Part shown: one piece after another, positions 38,201 through 51,977 of the stretch
How the letters are laid out: the number at the start of each line of letters is the position of its first letter
How positions within the stretch are numbered: position 1 is the first letter of the stretch
Assembly (NCBI RefSeq): GCF_963921235.1
Contig: NC_086101.1
Coordinates: forward strand, 53,506,001-53,570,000
Direction of reading: 5' to 3'
DNA from: Mobula hypostoma
Taxonomy: Eukaryota
Length of the DNA: 64,000 nucleotides
Position numbers and translations under genes: made by a program
The notes under the pieces: generated by a model
What the model was told of the DNA's origin: nothing
Databases searched by the model: none
The model's input: the letters and a program-made list of their open reading frames with translations, nothing else

Positions 38201-40765
38201 AAAACTACCTGCCCCTCCACCTATCTTCATATTGTCTGCAAACTTTGCAACAAAGCCATTAATTCCATCATCCAAATCATTGACATATAACGTAAAAAGA
38301 ATCAGTCCCGAGACAGACTCTATGGAACATCACTAGTCACTGGCAGCCAAACAGAAAGGGCTCCCTTTATTCCCGCTCTTTGCCTCATACCAGTCAGCCA
38401 CTGTGTTATCCATACTAGAGTCTTTCTTGCAATACCAAGAGCTTATAGTTTGTTAAGCAGACACCTGTGTGACACCTTGTCAAAGGCTTTCTGAAAATCC
38501 AGGTACACATCATTAACCAATTCTCCTTTGTCTATCCTTCTTGTTTTTTCTTCAAAGGATTCCAACAGATTTGTCAGGTAAAAATTTCCCTTGATGAAAC
38601 CATGTTAACTATAGCTTCTTTTATCCTGTGCCTTCAAGTACCCTAAGACCTTGTCCTTAATGATGGACTCCAAAATCTTCCCAACCAGTGAGGTCAGACT
38701 AAATGGCCTATATTTTCCTTTCTTCTGCCCCTTCCTTTCTTGAAGAGTGGAGTGACATTTGCAAATTTCCGGTCTTCTGTAACCATTCCAGAATCTAATC
38801 ATTCTTCAAATATCATTACTAATGCCTCAATGATCTCCTCAGCCAGCTCTTTCAGAGCTCTGGGGTGTACACAATCTGGTCCAGGTGACATATTTACCTT
38901 TCAATTTCCCAAGAACCTTCTCTAATAATGGTAACTTCACACACTTCATGCCCCCTGACACCTAGAGCTTCCACCATACTGCTGGTGTCTTCCACAGTGA
39001 AGACTGATGCAAAATACTTATTCAGTTTGTCTGCCATTTCCTTGTCCGCCATTACTACTTCTCCAGCATTGTTTTCCAGTGGTCTGACATCCACTCTCAC
39101 CTCTCTTTTACACTTCATGTATCTGAAGAAACTTTTGGTATCCTCTTTAATATTATTGGCTAACTTACGTTCGTATTCCATCTTTACCTTCTTTGTGACT
39201 TTTTAGTTGCCTTCTGTTGGTTTTTAAAAGCTTCCCAATCCTCTAACTTTCCACAGATTTTTGCTCTATTATATAGCCTCTTTTTGGGTTTTATATTGTC
39301 TCTGTTTAATTTTGTTAGCCACGGTTCTGTCATCTTTCTTCAGCATACTACTTCCTCTTTGGGATGTATATATCCTGTGCCTTCCAAATTGCTTCCAGAA
39401 ATTCCAGCCACAGCTGCACTGCCATCATCCATGCCAGTGTTCTTTTCCAATCAATTCTGGCCAACTCTCCTTTCACGCCTCTGCAATTCCCTTTACTCCA
39501 CTGTAATACTAATACATCTGACTTTAGCTTCCCCTTCCCAAATTTCAGGGTGAATTCAATCATATTATGATCATTTTTCCCTAAGCATTTTTACCTTAAG
39601 CTCTCAAATTAATTCTGGTTTATTGCCAGATATCCAATCCAGAATAGCAGATCCGCTAGTGGGCTCAACCATGAGCTGCTCTAAAAAGCCATCTGGTAGG
39701 CAATCTAGAAATTCTCCCTCTTGGAATCTAGCACCAATCTGATTTTCCCAATCTACTTGCATATTGAAGTCCCCGTGACTATTGTAACATTCCCCTTTTG
39801 GCATGCATTTTCTATCTCCCATTGTGATTTGTAGACCACATCCTGGGAGGCAACATACCATCCATGAACCTTGTTCTCATGCACAGAAGCTTCTGTCTGT
39901 TCCCCTAACTAATGAATCCCCTATCCCACAGCATGCCTCTTCTCACCCCTTTTCCTCTGAGTAACACAACTGGAATCAGTGCCAGAGACAAGACCACTGT
40001 GACTTTCCTCTGTTAGGTCAACCACCCCGCCTCCCAACAATATCCAAAGTGATATACCTGTCTTTGAGGGGGATGGCCACAGGGGTACTCCATGCTGGCT
40101 TCATAACCCAGTTTCCTGTGTCCTGCACCTTGCATCTAACTTCCTCTCTATATGTCACCCCCTCAGCCTCCCAATTGATCCAGAGTTCATCCAGTTCCAG
40201 ATCCAACTCCTTAACACAGTTTGTTGGAAGATGCAGTTGGATGCACTTCTCGCAGTTGTAGTCATCAGGGACACCGGCTGTCTCTCTGCCTTTCCGCATC
40301 CCGCAAGAAGAACATTTCAGTATCCTGCCTGACATCTCTACTGTCCCAGATGAACAGATATAAAGGGAAGAAGAAAAAAAATTAACCTCGAGCTTTCCTT
40401 TGCTTTCTCCGACTGAATCCTCTCTTCGCTGAAACGTTGAAGAGCTAAAGCTTCAAGTTCACTAGTCTGACTCTGTACATTTAGACAGCAGCTACTACAC
40501 TTGCCCATGCCTCCCTTTAATTCGCTCTTCCTAATCAATCCCAAGTGCAAATTGGTTGCTAGTCAAAGTTCTATTATGTTGCAGTGACCTGCTGCTCCCT
40601 TTTCTACACGGGCAGTGGACCTGAGTTAAACCACTCCCCCCCCCCCCCGCCCAAACTTCCAATGTACAGAATGGACGCTGGTCAAAGCTCTGCTATGCAG
40701 CAGTGACCCACTGCTCCATTTACTACTCAGGGAGTGGACCTTAGTGAAATCTTCTCCTCTCAAAT
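35210..40765 (-). mobile_element. Near full-length CR1 (5' UTR, ORF1, ORF2, tail), internally deleted and split by Gypsy
   Basis: ORF1 MSGRILKCSSCGM...YNCEKCIQL...LELDEL and IGDSLVRGTD (esterase start); ORF2 GDFN, MEYERKLANNIKEDTKSFFRY, RRNFFSQRVVILWNSLP. Confidence 0.92.
35701..37812 (+). mobile_element. Internally deleted Gypsy LTR retrotransposon
   Basis: LTRs 35701-35936 and 37634-37812 (TGTAAT...ACA), PBS-like aaatagcgaccagtatg, PPT aaagggacaggagc; RNase H end YDIEFKGTKQHSNIAGLSHLP; integrase VHIDFAGPF, SKWPE, GLPEQIVSDN, APYHPATNGLAERF. Confidence 0.93.
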
Positions 40766-41379
40766 TATATTGGAAGACTATTGCATACAAAACTGGAGCA
40801 AGTTACATTTTTGACAATGTTATTGAGAAGAAAAACTCAGCTCAGTTTTCAGATACCGGCTGGTTCATTTCGAAAAAAGGAAAAAAAGGTATGCTTCTTA
40901 GAATAAAAACACTGTAGATTCATCATTCACAGGAAAGGATGTTTTGACTTTTCTTCCCTGAGCTTCTGAAGCTGCCATCAAAGGGTTTAGGATAAAGGGA
41001 CAGTTCAAAATGAGTTCAGTCCGCCATTTGAAACTCTTTTCAAGAGATTTGTCTCAGGAAATCCAGAACACTGTCGTTTTCTGCACAGAAATAATAATCA
41101 TTAGACGCTTTTACCTTATATGGGAATCTTTCATTTACTGAATGCTGACAGTGGGTGTATTACACCATAACTTAACTGAAGAAATTGAGTGCCATACATC
41201 AATCTTTGCTGATCAAAATAAATGAGGCAGTGTAGTAAGTAATGTGGATGGGAAACGAGACTGACAAAATAAACAATATCAGACTAAGTTTCTGGCCAAG
41301 TCTACACCAGATAGAGGTCAGGGAGGAGAAGGGTTTTCACTATGGATCGAAGAAAGACAGAACCAAGTTTTTTTTTATT

Positions 41380-41990
41380 TCTAAATAGCTGAGATGCTTA
41401 GAATTGCAGAGGATCAGAAAATCAGATTAGGAATCACAAATGTTTGTGGGCATGCAACAAAAATAGTTTCAAAGGCAAATGAAAAATTGGTGATTTGCTC
41501 AACTGGGGTGAAATAGAAAAAAAGTGTAAGTTATGCTGCAGATTCAGGTAAGCCCACATCAAGAATCCTGTGTCAGTTCTGGGCACTGGTCCCAGGAAGA
41601 ATGTAATGGTTTTCAGAAAGAGTACAGATTCACAAGTACACTATAGGTTAGTGGCTTACTCCATTCAATTCAGGTGATACTTAAGATGATTTTTTAAATA
41701 GTTTGGATTGATACTTCCAATCTTTGAGTCATACCTTACAGTTCAGTGCAGGACCATTCATTGCTGAAGGCAGGAAGCATTCTCCACATAGATTCAAGTA
41801 GAAACAAGGAATTCACTCACTGAAATCAGTGAGATTGGATTCATCAACAAAATAACATGGCAATAGATAGTTGTTAGTTGAAGCCATCAAAGGATATGAA
41901 GCAAAGACAGTTAAATGGATTGGAGTGGAGATCACCCAAAGTTGGCTGCTCAGTCTAGATTGGTTAAATAGTCTTCTATCACTATGCTGC
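41380..41990 (+). mobile_element. Very old CR1 3' relic
   Basis: Patchy similarity to CR1 3' ends (gtcagttctgggca, ggaattcactc, catcaaaggatatgaagcaaagacag). Confidence 0.5.
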
Positions 41991-42689
41991 TGTGTGCCTG
42001 TAACATAGTATTTATTATAGAAACCTAAATATTTAAATGAAGCAGACGAATTATTAAATTTCCATGAAATTTTGTCTGTCTATTGACAGAATAATAAATA
42101 AAGATAGAGTGTTTCAATAATCAGATCCAAAAATGTTGATGTATCTGTTTGTGGCACTTGTTAAATCAAACTACTTCTACTTGATTTTTATAATTCTACA
42201 TTTGTTTCAAACTCTCAGCCAAGTTTGTTCTTTGCAATAGACTAAATTGAAATGTGTGTTCCAAATGTACACATTATGTTTCCCAGATTAGTAAAGCTGC
42301 ATTCAGCATTTTTGGTGGAGTTCATCATTCAGTTAATGAAACAAGAGAGAGATACAATAATTGCAGTTAGTTCCATTTCTTTATACCATTCTCTCCATTT
42401 ACTTCACTAGAAGGAGGACAAGCACACAGCTAAGGTCTGTAGCTCTTACTAATGGTATTACAACATACAGAGCTATCATGCCACTTGGCACAAAATACTG
42501 TTAGCATTTAATGGCTCCAATTGTTCGCCTGTTTGCACAATCCAATTATTATTTTCAGATTTCTCTTTTAATAAATTGAAGGATTCTTCATTGAAGTACA
42601 GTGCCAACAACTTGAAAAGCAGGCGAGGAAGGCTACAGGCCATCAGTTTGTCATCATGCTAAGAGAGAGCTGTTAAGTTGCAAGTGCCC

Positions 42690-43480
42690 TATATCCCTGC
42701 AACCATGACAAGTGAGATACCTGCCCATTCAAGGCCCTAAACAGTCCTTCCAAGTGAGACAGTGCTTCATCTGTGTGTCAGTCATAGTCATTTTATTTTA
42801 TCTGGTGTTCCTGGTGCATCCTCCTCTACATCAGAGAAATCCAATGCAGATTAGGGTCTGCTTCGTCAAGTGCCTTTGCTCTGTCCACCACAAAAGGCAG
42901 GATTTCCTGCTGGCTACCTATTTCAATTGAACTTCCTATTCCCACATTAACATGGCTGTCCCTGGCCTCCTCTACTGCCATGATGGGGCCAAATGCAGGC
43001 TGGAGGAGCAAAACCTTATATTCTGTCAAAGTGGTCTACAACCTGATGGTATAAACATCAAATTCTCTAACTTCTAGTAACCATTCCCCTCTTCTCTCCC
43101 CCTCCCCTTTTGTTTTACTCCCCCACTCTGGTGGGCTTCTCACCCCTTATCTTGTCCTTCCCACCCTCCAGACATGCCCGTCATCCATCTCTTGTTTCCT
43201 ACCTTCCCTTTACTCCACTCTTCTCTCCCATCAGATTCCTTCCTCCTTCTGTCTCTTCATCTATTACCTTCCAGCTTCTTACTGCACATGCCCTCCCTCA
43301 CCCACTCACCTTCCACCTCACCTGGCAGCATGTACTCCTTCTTCTCCCCCTGCTTTCACCTCTGGCTTCTGCCACCCTTCATTCCATTACTGCTAAAGGG
43401 TCTCAGTTCAAAACATTGACCCCTTATCCCCCTTCGTAAATGCTGCCTGATTTACTGAGTTTCTGTAGCATTCTTGCATG
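42690..43480 (+). mobile_element. Decayed Penelope element (GIY-YIG + terminus)
   Basis: IQGPKQSFQVRQCF...QDFLLATYFN...LEEQNLIF...LQPDGINIKFSNF, homologous to 2020-2373; hammerhead relic about 43388-43420. Confidence 0.88.
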
Positions 43481-44247
43481 ATCCCTTTATCTGATGCAAG
43501 GTCCCAACCTCTGTCTTTGGTGGATGAAAACTCTAAAATGGTAGCTGCTTCTGATAGGAATATGTTGCTTGTTCCATTTTGATCCCAGCAGCAATCCTTG
43601 ATCAGGTATAACATAGTGCAGGATTTCATGAATAAAACATGTGAGATTGTTTTATGTGCTTAACAAGAGACACAGTCCTTTATTTATTTATTTATTTGTT
43701 TGTTTGTTTGCAAATCTGGCCCTACTGACCCTTTGAGACCTGCCACAAAGCAACCCCCAATTTGATAAGAGTGTGCGATTTCAAGTTCCTGGGTGTCAAT
43801 ATCTCTGAGGATCTAACCTGGTTGCAACATAATAATGCAACTATAAAGAAGGCAAGTCAGTGGTTATGTTTCATTAAGAGTTTGAGGAAATTTGATTTGC
43901 ACCTAAAACACTCAAAAACTTCTGCAGGTGTGCCCTGGCGGGCATTTTGACCAGCTGCATCATTGCCTGCTATGCGGGTGGGTGGAGGTGGGGGGGGCTA
44001 CTGCACAGGGTGGAAGTAATTTGCATAAAGTAGTAAAATTAGTCAGCTCCATCACAGGTATTGGTTTCCGTGGTATCAAATACATCTTCAAAGCATCAGG
44101 TGCATCAGCAAGGCAGCATCCATCATTAAGGACGCCCATCTCCCAGGACATGCCCTGTTCTCATTGTTACCATCAGGAAGGAGGTAGAGGAGCCTGAAGG
44201 CACACACGCGACGATTCAGGAACAACCCCTTCCCCTCTGCCATCCGG

Positions 44248-45078
44248 TTTCAAAGGTTCAAAGGTTTAAAGGTACAGTTAATGTCAGAGAAATGTATACA
44301 ATATACATACTGAAATTCTTTTTCTTCGCAAACATTATTGAAAACAGAGAAGTACCCCGAAGAATGAATGACAGTTAAATGTTAGTACCTCAAAGCCCCC
44401 CCCAGCTCCCCCCTCCCATGCACAAGCAGCAACAAAGCAACTGCCTCCCCCCCCACCAACAAAGCGTGCAGCAAAATATCAATAAAGACACAGACTTGCA
44501 GTAAACCAAAGACTACTCATTCACCTGGTAATTNNNNNNNNNNNNNNNNNNNNNNNNNNNNNNNNNNNNNNNNNNNNNNNNNNNNNNNNNNNNNNNNNNN
44601 NNNNNNNNNNNNNNNNNNNNNNNNNNNNNNNNNNNNNNNNNNNNNNNNNNNNNNNNNNNNNNNNNNNNNNNNNNNNNNNNNNNNATCGCTTCTTCTGAGC
44701 TCTGTGCCCAAAGAAATCGGGTCTCTGGGCACACAGCCAGCAGCCAGCTTGCTGCTTTCGATCTTCCGTCCCCCACGACACACGAATTCCCTGCATCAGC
44801 ACCGACCCTGGGTCCACCCACCTCCAGAGCCACGAACCCCTGGAACCCTGAAGGCGCGCTACGTTTCTAGGCCGCATCCTTGGCATATCGCATAGCAGCC
44901 AGTCGTGACACCCCGAGCGCGGGTCCCATTCCCGCAAAGAACCATAGCCAGCGTGTAATTCAAAAGAACCCTGAAAGGGAAAAATAGAGATATTAAAGAT
45001 AACAATAGAGCTGTTTCCGAAGATGTAAGCAAAGGAGTCACCGTTAGGCGCCATTGTCCTCCTAAGCTTCTCCTCCTC
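44248..45078 (-). mobile_element. Non-coding retroposon family A, copy 1 (spans the gap)
   Basis: Head GGACAATGGCGCCTAAC, (TTTGAACC)n tail, collinear with 57047-57908. Confidence 0.85.
44534..44684. other. Assembly gap (151 N)
   Basis: Directly visible. Confidence 1.
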
Positions 45079-45359
45079 AATGGACATTGAACTCATGAAC
45101 ACTACCTCACTACTTTTTAATTATTTCAGTTTCTGCGCTACTTATTTTAACTTAACTGCTTAATATAACATATATAAGTGCTGTAATTCAGTTTTATTTT
45201 GTATATTTCCCATGTATTGCATTGTACTGTTGCCGCTAAGTTAGCAAATTTCACGACATATGCCGGTGATATTAAACCTGATTCTGAACAAACTGACGAC
45301 ATTATATGTGAGTGAACATAACTCAGCGATGCTGTTTGTGTATTATGTAGAACAGTTTC

Positions 45360-45528
45360 TATTCTAACTGGTATGCATTTGGACCACGGGAGGAAGCCCG
45401 AGCACCCGGAGGAAAGCCACGTGGTTCACAGGGAGAATGTACTAGCTCCTTATGGATAGCATTGGAATTGAACTCCAAGCTCTGGAGCAAACTCAGCTGT
45501 GTAAGTGTTGCACTAACCACTGGCACAT
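45360..45528 (-). mobile_element. HE1/V-SINE-like 5' part
   Basis: ggaggaagcccgagcacccggaggaaagccacgtggttcacagggagaatgtac...ggaattgaactcc. Confidence 0.7.
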
Positions 45529-47771
45529 GGGAGGGAGAATCGGTTATAGGACAATAAGTATGATGGTTTTGCTCTGAGAGTTAGCATTGACTCAATGGAC
45601 AAATAAGCCTCCCATATTATGAAGAAAATAGGAGTTTTAGATCTCAGTACAGTGTCAAGGTCTGGCATTACATAACTCGATGTGCACCCCCTCCAAGTAC
45701 AAATAACCACTTGTATTCATACAAGAGCTTCACTCACCAGTGTGGTTTTGATCACATGTTTACCATATGTCAAAATTGCTAATGAACTTGAATTGGTGAA
45801 ATATCTTTGATATTGACAAACGTCCACGAAACCTCCCACCCCTTCCTTTCATCTGTTTGCACCAACTATTTTCCCTCTCTCTTTTAACCAGGGGAAGGGT
45901 CTTGACTAAAATTTCCTCTGTCCATTTCCATCTACGGATGCTGCCTAACCTCTTGTCTTCCTCCAAATTCTTGTTCATTTGTGCAAGTTCCTGCATCTGC
46001 AGCGTCTTACATCTCTCTCCAAAAATAAGAATTGAAGTTCTTATATTTTCTCAATAAAAGAACTAAAACACAAGCAAAGCCTTTGAATACATCTATATCT
46101 ACTGACCTAAATCTGACATAAATATCTGTTTACTATTCTCCCAACAGTTGTTGCTTCCTCTTCATTTTAATGACATTGTTGAACTTCCACCAGGTTAAAC
46201 CTAAGGAAGTTTCAGAGGGCAGATGGATTTCCAAGCCTCAACTGGAGGTTTGTGTTGTCCCATTGGAAGCTAGGAAGAGTCAATTAGTGCTGTACAGAGA
46301 GCACAGGAGAGAATGCTACTTCTGGTTGAAGTCTGCACTAGTTGTTGGATCTTAGGACTTGTCCTGAGAAATACATTTATGTTCTACAGAACTGCTGGCA
46401 TCTTGACAGAAGGTGCATTCCATTGTGCTTTTGATAACTTATTGCTCTCAAGAACTTGATTTCCACAGATTGTCTGCATTAATAACTACACTTCCAAATA
46501 AAAGCAGTTTATTGTCTGCAGACTTCCTTACGATGTTTTAAGACGTTCATAGAAAGTTTAGTTTGAACACAAGTTGTTATATTGCCCCCCAAAAAAAAAT
46601 CTTTCAAGTGAGTTTGTTTCTGTGGTAGTAACAAACAAATTCTCTCCCTCCCCCTGCCTCTCTTTCTCCCTCTCTCACACACACACATTTTTCAAATCAT
46701 AGCTATAGTCAGAAGATATAAATCACAAAACATTTTTATTGTGAGGAATGCAGATACAAATTTATTGCACACAATTTAATGTCCATTACTAAACATGCAA
46801 AGATTTTTACCCCCAAAGAACAAACAAGTTTTATTTCAAGCTGACATTGAAGGTTGATTCAGAGAACGCCAGGAGATTTCTATTTTTTTAAAAACAGAAA
46901 ACTTCTGTAAGCTGTCAGATTTGTGAATAAGGATGTCCTTTTGCCTTGGCCTTTCACCCAGATGGCCTGGAGGTTGCTCTTTAGGATGAGCTGTTGTAGT
47001 ATGCAGCTTGTCTCTGCTGGGGTTATGTACTTGACACCTGTGCATACCGAAAGCCTAGTTATTTCCTCTTTGGCAGAAACACTTAATCACCCGATCATCT
47101 CCATAATCGGAGTGGATTAAAAGTAAGTTTCTCTCGTATTGCAACAGCTGGTATTTCGGACACAACAGCGAACATACTAAAGGAGGAAAAGCATTAAACA
47201 GCTGGCCTCATTTGTTCTTTCGTATGCTCTTTAAAATCTAGAAGCTAACTCAAAGGATTAAGTTAAAAAAGAAAGTTCTGTTCGGCTCAGTTTAAAGGAA
47301 ATTGTGGGTGAAAATATATCTTCAGATCTTCAACTCTTTGCACGATAATCCTTTAAATGTTTGCACTCCCTATATTTAGTGAAGCCTGCAGTGGAGAGCA
47401 GTGGTGTCATTTAGATTTACAATCATTCATTTAAGGGAGCACATGGTTATCATGTATTTTAAGTAGGTTGGTGGAAATGTGACTGTTGTATTAGACAGAT
47501 GAACCCATAGCTTGAAGGAGCTGGAGAAGAGTCAAGTACTTGTCTCTGATGGTGTGATGAAAGGAGATGTGATCTTCCGCTCCACTGCTCACTCTAGTTA
47601 CATCCACCCACACTGGATTGATTAGCTCTATTTTATTCTCAGTTGTTCCCACAATCTTACCATCATGCGATCTTTACTTATGCAGTACAATTCCACTCAT
47701 TTTGCTTATTTCCAACTGGCTTTAATTTGATTATCAGTGAGTCTCTAAATTTATCTTGCTTCTTTTTATCC

Positions 47772-50708
47772 AGCAGGCGTCGTGGCACGGAAGCAGCGGC
47801 CTTTCGGATCTGGTGTTACTTTAATTTAATTTTAAAATTTAATTTTAAGACACAATTTTTGATTAGGGCACATGGATAACAGAGTGACTATCTACCATCG
47901 ACAGATACTGCTACAATACAGAGATTGCCCAAAAACAAACCTTCATGAAGGTCTGCAGGTTAAATTACACACCTCAGCTTGCTGAGGGGATCGGGCCTAC
48001 AGTCCTCGGAGTCGCCTGATGCCGGTGGCCGGAGGTGGAGATGTCGTAAGCGGTGTGCGAGGAAGCAGGCAGAAGTCCATGCCAGGCAAAAAGCAAATCA
48101 TAGCCGGCCGGGTCTCCCGTCCATTCTGCTCTCCAGTGTCCGCTCCCCGGACAATAAATTCTACGTCCGACTCCAACGAAATACTCGGTTGGAGTACAGA
48201 GTCTGCTGTGCATATGTTTTCACAGAAACATGGCTCTCCGATGGAATCCCAGACGCCACCATTCAGCTGGATGGGCTCGTCTTGTTTTGAGCAGACAGAG
48301 ATGCAGATCTTTCTGATAAGACTCGCGGTGGTGGCTTGTGAGTTTACATCAATACAGAATGGTTCAAGAACTCTGTGCTGGTTTCCAGATACTGCTCATC
48401 GCTAGAGGAGTTTGTGGCTGTTAGATGCAGACCATTTTATTTACCATAGGAATTCACCACTGTCATAGTCGGTGTCTACATTCCCCCCAGCGCTAATGCT
48501 AAGAAGGTGCTCTGTGAAATGTATGGGGCTATTAGCGAACTGCAGAACGCACACCCTGATGGACTGTTTATTGTTGCCGGAGATTTTAACCACACAAACC
48601 TTAAGTCAGTGCTCCCTAGATTCCATCAGAACGTGGACTTTGCAACGAGAAGGGAGAACACATTGCACCTTGTTTACACAAACATTCCCGACGTGTACCG
48701 GGCGGAGCCCTGCCCCCACCTCGGCTACTCAGATCACATCTCTGTTATGCTAATCCCAGCATACAGACCGCTCGTCAGACACTCCAGACCAGTTCAGAAG
48801 CAGATGAAAACCTGGCCAGAGGGAGCCATCTCTGCTCTTAAAGACTGCTTTGAGCACACTGACTGGCACACGTTCAGGGAGGCTGCAAATGATGGTGACT
48901 CTACCAGCTTAGAGGAGTACACGGCATCAGTGACGAGCTACATCAGCAAGTGCATCGATGACATCACTGTGGCCAAGACCATCACTACACGTGCTAACCA
49001 GAAGCCATGGATGACATCGGAGGTACGTGCACTGCTGAGGACCACTGACTCCATCTTCAGAGCAGGCGACAAAACACCCCTAACAACAGTGAGGGCCAAA
49101 CTGTCCCGGGCCATCAGAGAGGCAAAGCGTGCACATGCTCAGCGGAACCACAGCCACTTCCAGGACGGCAGCGACACACGGCGCATGTGGAAGGGCATTC
49201 AGGACATCACCAACTACAAGACAACACCACCCGCCTGTGCTGGTGATGCCTCCCTCCCAAATGCGGCGAGGAAGACCACCCCTCCTCCAAGTGACCAGGT
49301 GCTGTGTCTTACAGTGACCAATGTGAGGAGAACCCTGTGCAGGGTCAACCCATGGAAGGCTGCTGGACCAGACAACATTCATGACAGAGTTCTTAGAGGA
49401 TGTGCAGACCAGCTAGCAGAGGTTCTCACTAACATCTTCAACATCTCCCTGAGCAGCACCATCGTTCCTATGTGCTTCAAGGCCACCACCATCATCCCCA
49501 TGCCGAAGAAGTCTTCTGTGTCCTGCCACAACGATTACCGTCCCGTTGCACTCACATCCATCATCATGAAGTGTTTCAAGAAACTCGTCATGAGGTACAT
49601 CAAGACCCTGCTGCCCCCCTCAACTGTTCAACAGATGACGCTATTGCCATCACCCTGCACCTGGCCCTAACCCACCTGGACAAAATAGACACGTACGTTT
49701 GAATGCTGTTCATAGACTTCAGCTCAGCATTCAACACAATCATTCCTCAGAAACTGATTGGAAAGCTGAGCCTACTGGGCCTGAACACCTCCCTCTGGAA
49801 CTGGATCCTAGACTTCCTGACTGGGAGACCTCAGTCAGTCCAGACTGGAAGCAGCATCTCCAACATCATCACACTGAGCACGGGGCCCCCCAGGGCTGCG
49901 TGCTCAGCCCACTGCTGTTCACACTGCTGACCCACGACTGTGCTGCAACACACAGCTCGAACCACACCATCAAGTTCGCCAATGACACGACCGTGGTGGG
50001 TCTCATCAGCAAGAACGACGAGTCAGCATTCAGAGAGGAGGTGCAGCGGCTAACGGACTGGTGCAGAGCCAACAACCTGTCTCTGAATGTGAACAAAACA
50101 AAAGAGATGGTTGTTGACTTCAGGAGGACATGGAGCGACCACTCTCCGCTGAACATTGACAACTCCTCCATAGAGGTTGTTAAGAGCACCAAATTTCTTG
50201 GTGTTCACCTGGCAGAGAATCTCACCTGGTCCCTTAACATCAGCTCCATAGCCAAGAAAGTCCAGCAGCGTCTCTACTCTCTGCGAAGGCTAAGGGAATT
50301 CCATCTCCCACTCTCCATCCTCACCACACTCTACAGAGGTTGTATTGAGAGCATCCTGAGCAGCTGCATCACTGCCTGGTTCGGAAATTGCACCATCTTG
50401 GATCGCAAGACCCTGCAGCGGATAGTGAGGTCAGCTGAGGAGATCATCAGGGTCTCTCTTCCCGCCATTACAGACATCTACACCACACGCTGCATCTATA
50501 AAGCAAACAGCATTATGAAGGACCCCACACACCCCTCATAGAAACTCATCTCCCTCCTATCATCTGGCAAAAGGCACCAAAGTATTTGGGCTTTGACGAC
50601 CAGACTATATAACCAGACCAAGCCATCAGACTGCTCAATACCCAGAGCCTGGACTGACACCAACCTTCTGCCCTCTACTGTGCCTATTGTCTTGTTTATT
50701 ATTTATTG
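47772..50708 (+). mobile_element. Near full-length Rex1/Babar LINE (frameshifted)
   Basis: Short 5' UTR, ATG 47872 (MDNRVTIYHRQILL), [67 protein letters not shown]; ORFs 47979, 48507, 49703, 49699. Confidence 0.96.
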
Positions 50709-50815
50709 ATTGTGGGATCTTGCTGTGCATCAACCTGTTTGCTGCACTCCCCACTTGATAGAAATGACTGTCTTTCTAAAGCAAGCAACCAGCTGTGAGG
50801 TGTAAAATGCATAGG
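50709..50815 (+). mobile_element. DeuSINE-like 3' relic
   Basis: ttgtgggatcttgctgtgca...tgctgcactcccc resembles the Deu domain (recalled consensus, not aligned). Confidence 0.5.
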
Positions 50816-51977
50816 GGCTGTCCTTGAGCAGTGGGCAGACAAAACAGTGTTATGTAGTCTGTTTCTTGCTGGAATTACTGCTATCGTGTATTGTAAATTT
50901 TCTGTAGTGAGTTTTTTGAAGTTTTAACAAACCTTGAGTGATGCTTCCTCAACTTTAACTGGATTTTATTCTGCTTCAGTTATAAGGCTGTGCTCTTTGG
51001 TCAGGAGATGTTCTTGGAATTGAATATTAAAGTGAAGTAGTACTGGCCAAAATATTTATAAAATAACCTATCATATCCTGAACAGTAGAACAAGGCTGGG
51101 GGGGTGGGGGTCAAGTGAAGATTTGTCCAAACATAAACTGTTATTGTAGAATTACTGATGGTCTAGGACCATTGGCTTCAAAGGCCTATGGAATAAAGAT
51201 TGGATTCCTTTCCATGGTGTTTGCATTTTGTGCTTGATTCAGGCCAAATGTATTAGACAGACATACCATTCTGACTCATTTCGATAAGGTAAATAGAAGG
51301 AAGCTGTTCTTACTAGAAGATAATTCAAAGACAAGAGATTTAATATGTTTGGCATAAACAATGAAAAAGAAATTAAAACATTTACAGGAAATGATTGTGA
51401 TCTAGAACTTATTCCCTGTAAAAGTGGTTTGGAAACAAATCAAGCAGAGCTCTCAAGAAGATATTTAATATAGTCCTGAGGCTGCGTGGAATAGGTGGAG
51501 GAAATTGAACTGTCTGTTTATGCTGGTTCTTACTATCACAGTCTCAATGGGCCAAACAGCCTCCAAAAGTGCAGGAACAATTTTATGTTTCCATGAGCGA
51601 GTAGAAGGGGAAAAATATTAAAGCAATACACCAGCTTTGGATTTTACTTCAATTATTGGGATTCAGTCATCACCGACAAGGCGTGACACAAATCATCGTT
51701 CATCAGAGGAGCTTCCAAGACGATCTCCAAGACTATTTTATCCGTCAGCTATACTGGTGGTTCTTGAACTACATAGAGGCCAACCAAGGTAATGATTCAT
51801 GAAGAGCAAAAAGTGATTTAGATGGGGTTTAAATGACCATCAAGCTGTTTAGTAGTTATCATTTAAATCCTTTTACATCCCTTATTATTAACAGATTCAG
51901 GTTCCATAGCTGCTATCATGCAGAATTAACTCAGGTATTAATGGTGCAACATTAACCCCTGCACCTCCAGCATATAC

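Larger units (their letters stand above)
43763..45290 (+). mobile_element. Rex1/Babar 3' fragment split by a family A insert
   Basis: FKFLGVNISEDLTW; ccctctgccatccgg|...|aatggacattgaactcatg; tail attaaacctgattctga. Confidence 0.88.

Noticed and set aside
43385-43420. Additional active hammerheads (also 10584, 34093, 51981)
   Set aside because: Core nucleotides are mutated (CTGCTAA, CTGCCGA, CAGATGA, CTGATAA), so they are treated as relics.
44513-45102. 193-aa and 106-aa ORFs
   Set aside because: Inflated by the N gap; they lie in a non-coding repeat and I saw no matching ORF in the paralogue.
48507-50541. Longest ORFs (387 aa, 280 aa) as host genes
   Set aside because: Frameshifted pieces of Rex1 endonuclease/RT; the catalytic FADD motif is mutated to FAND.
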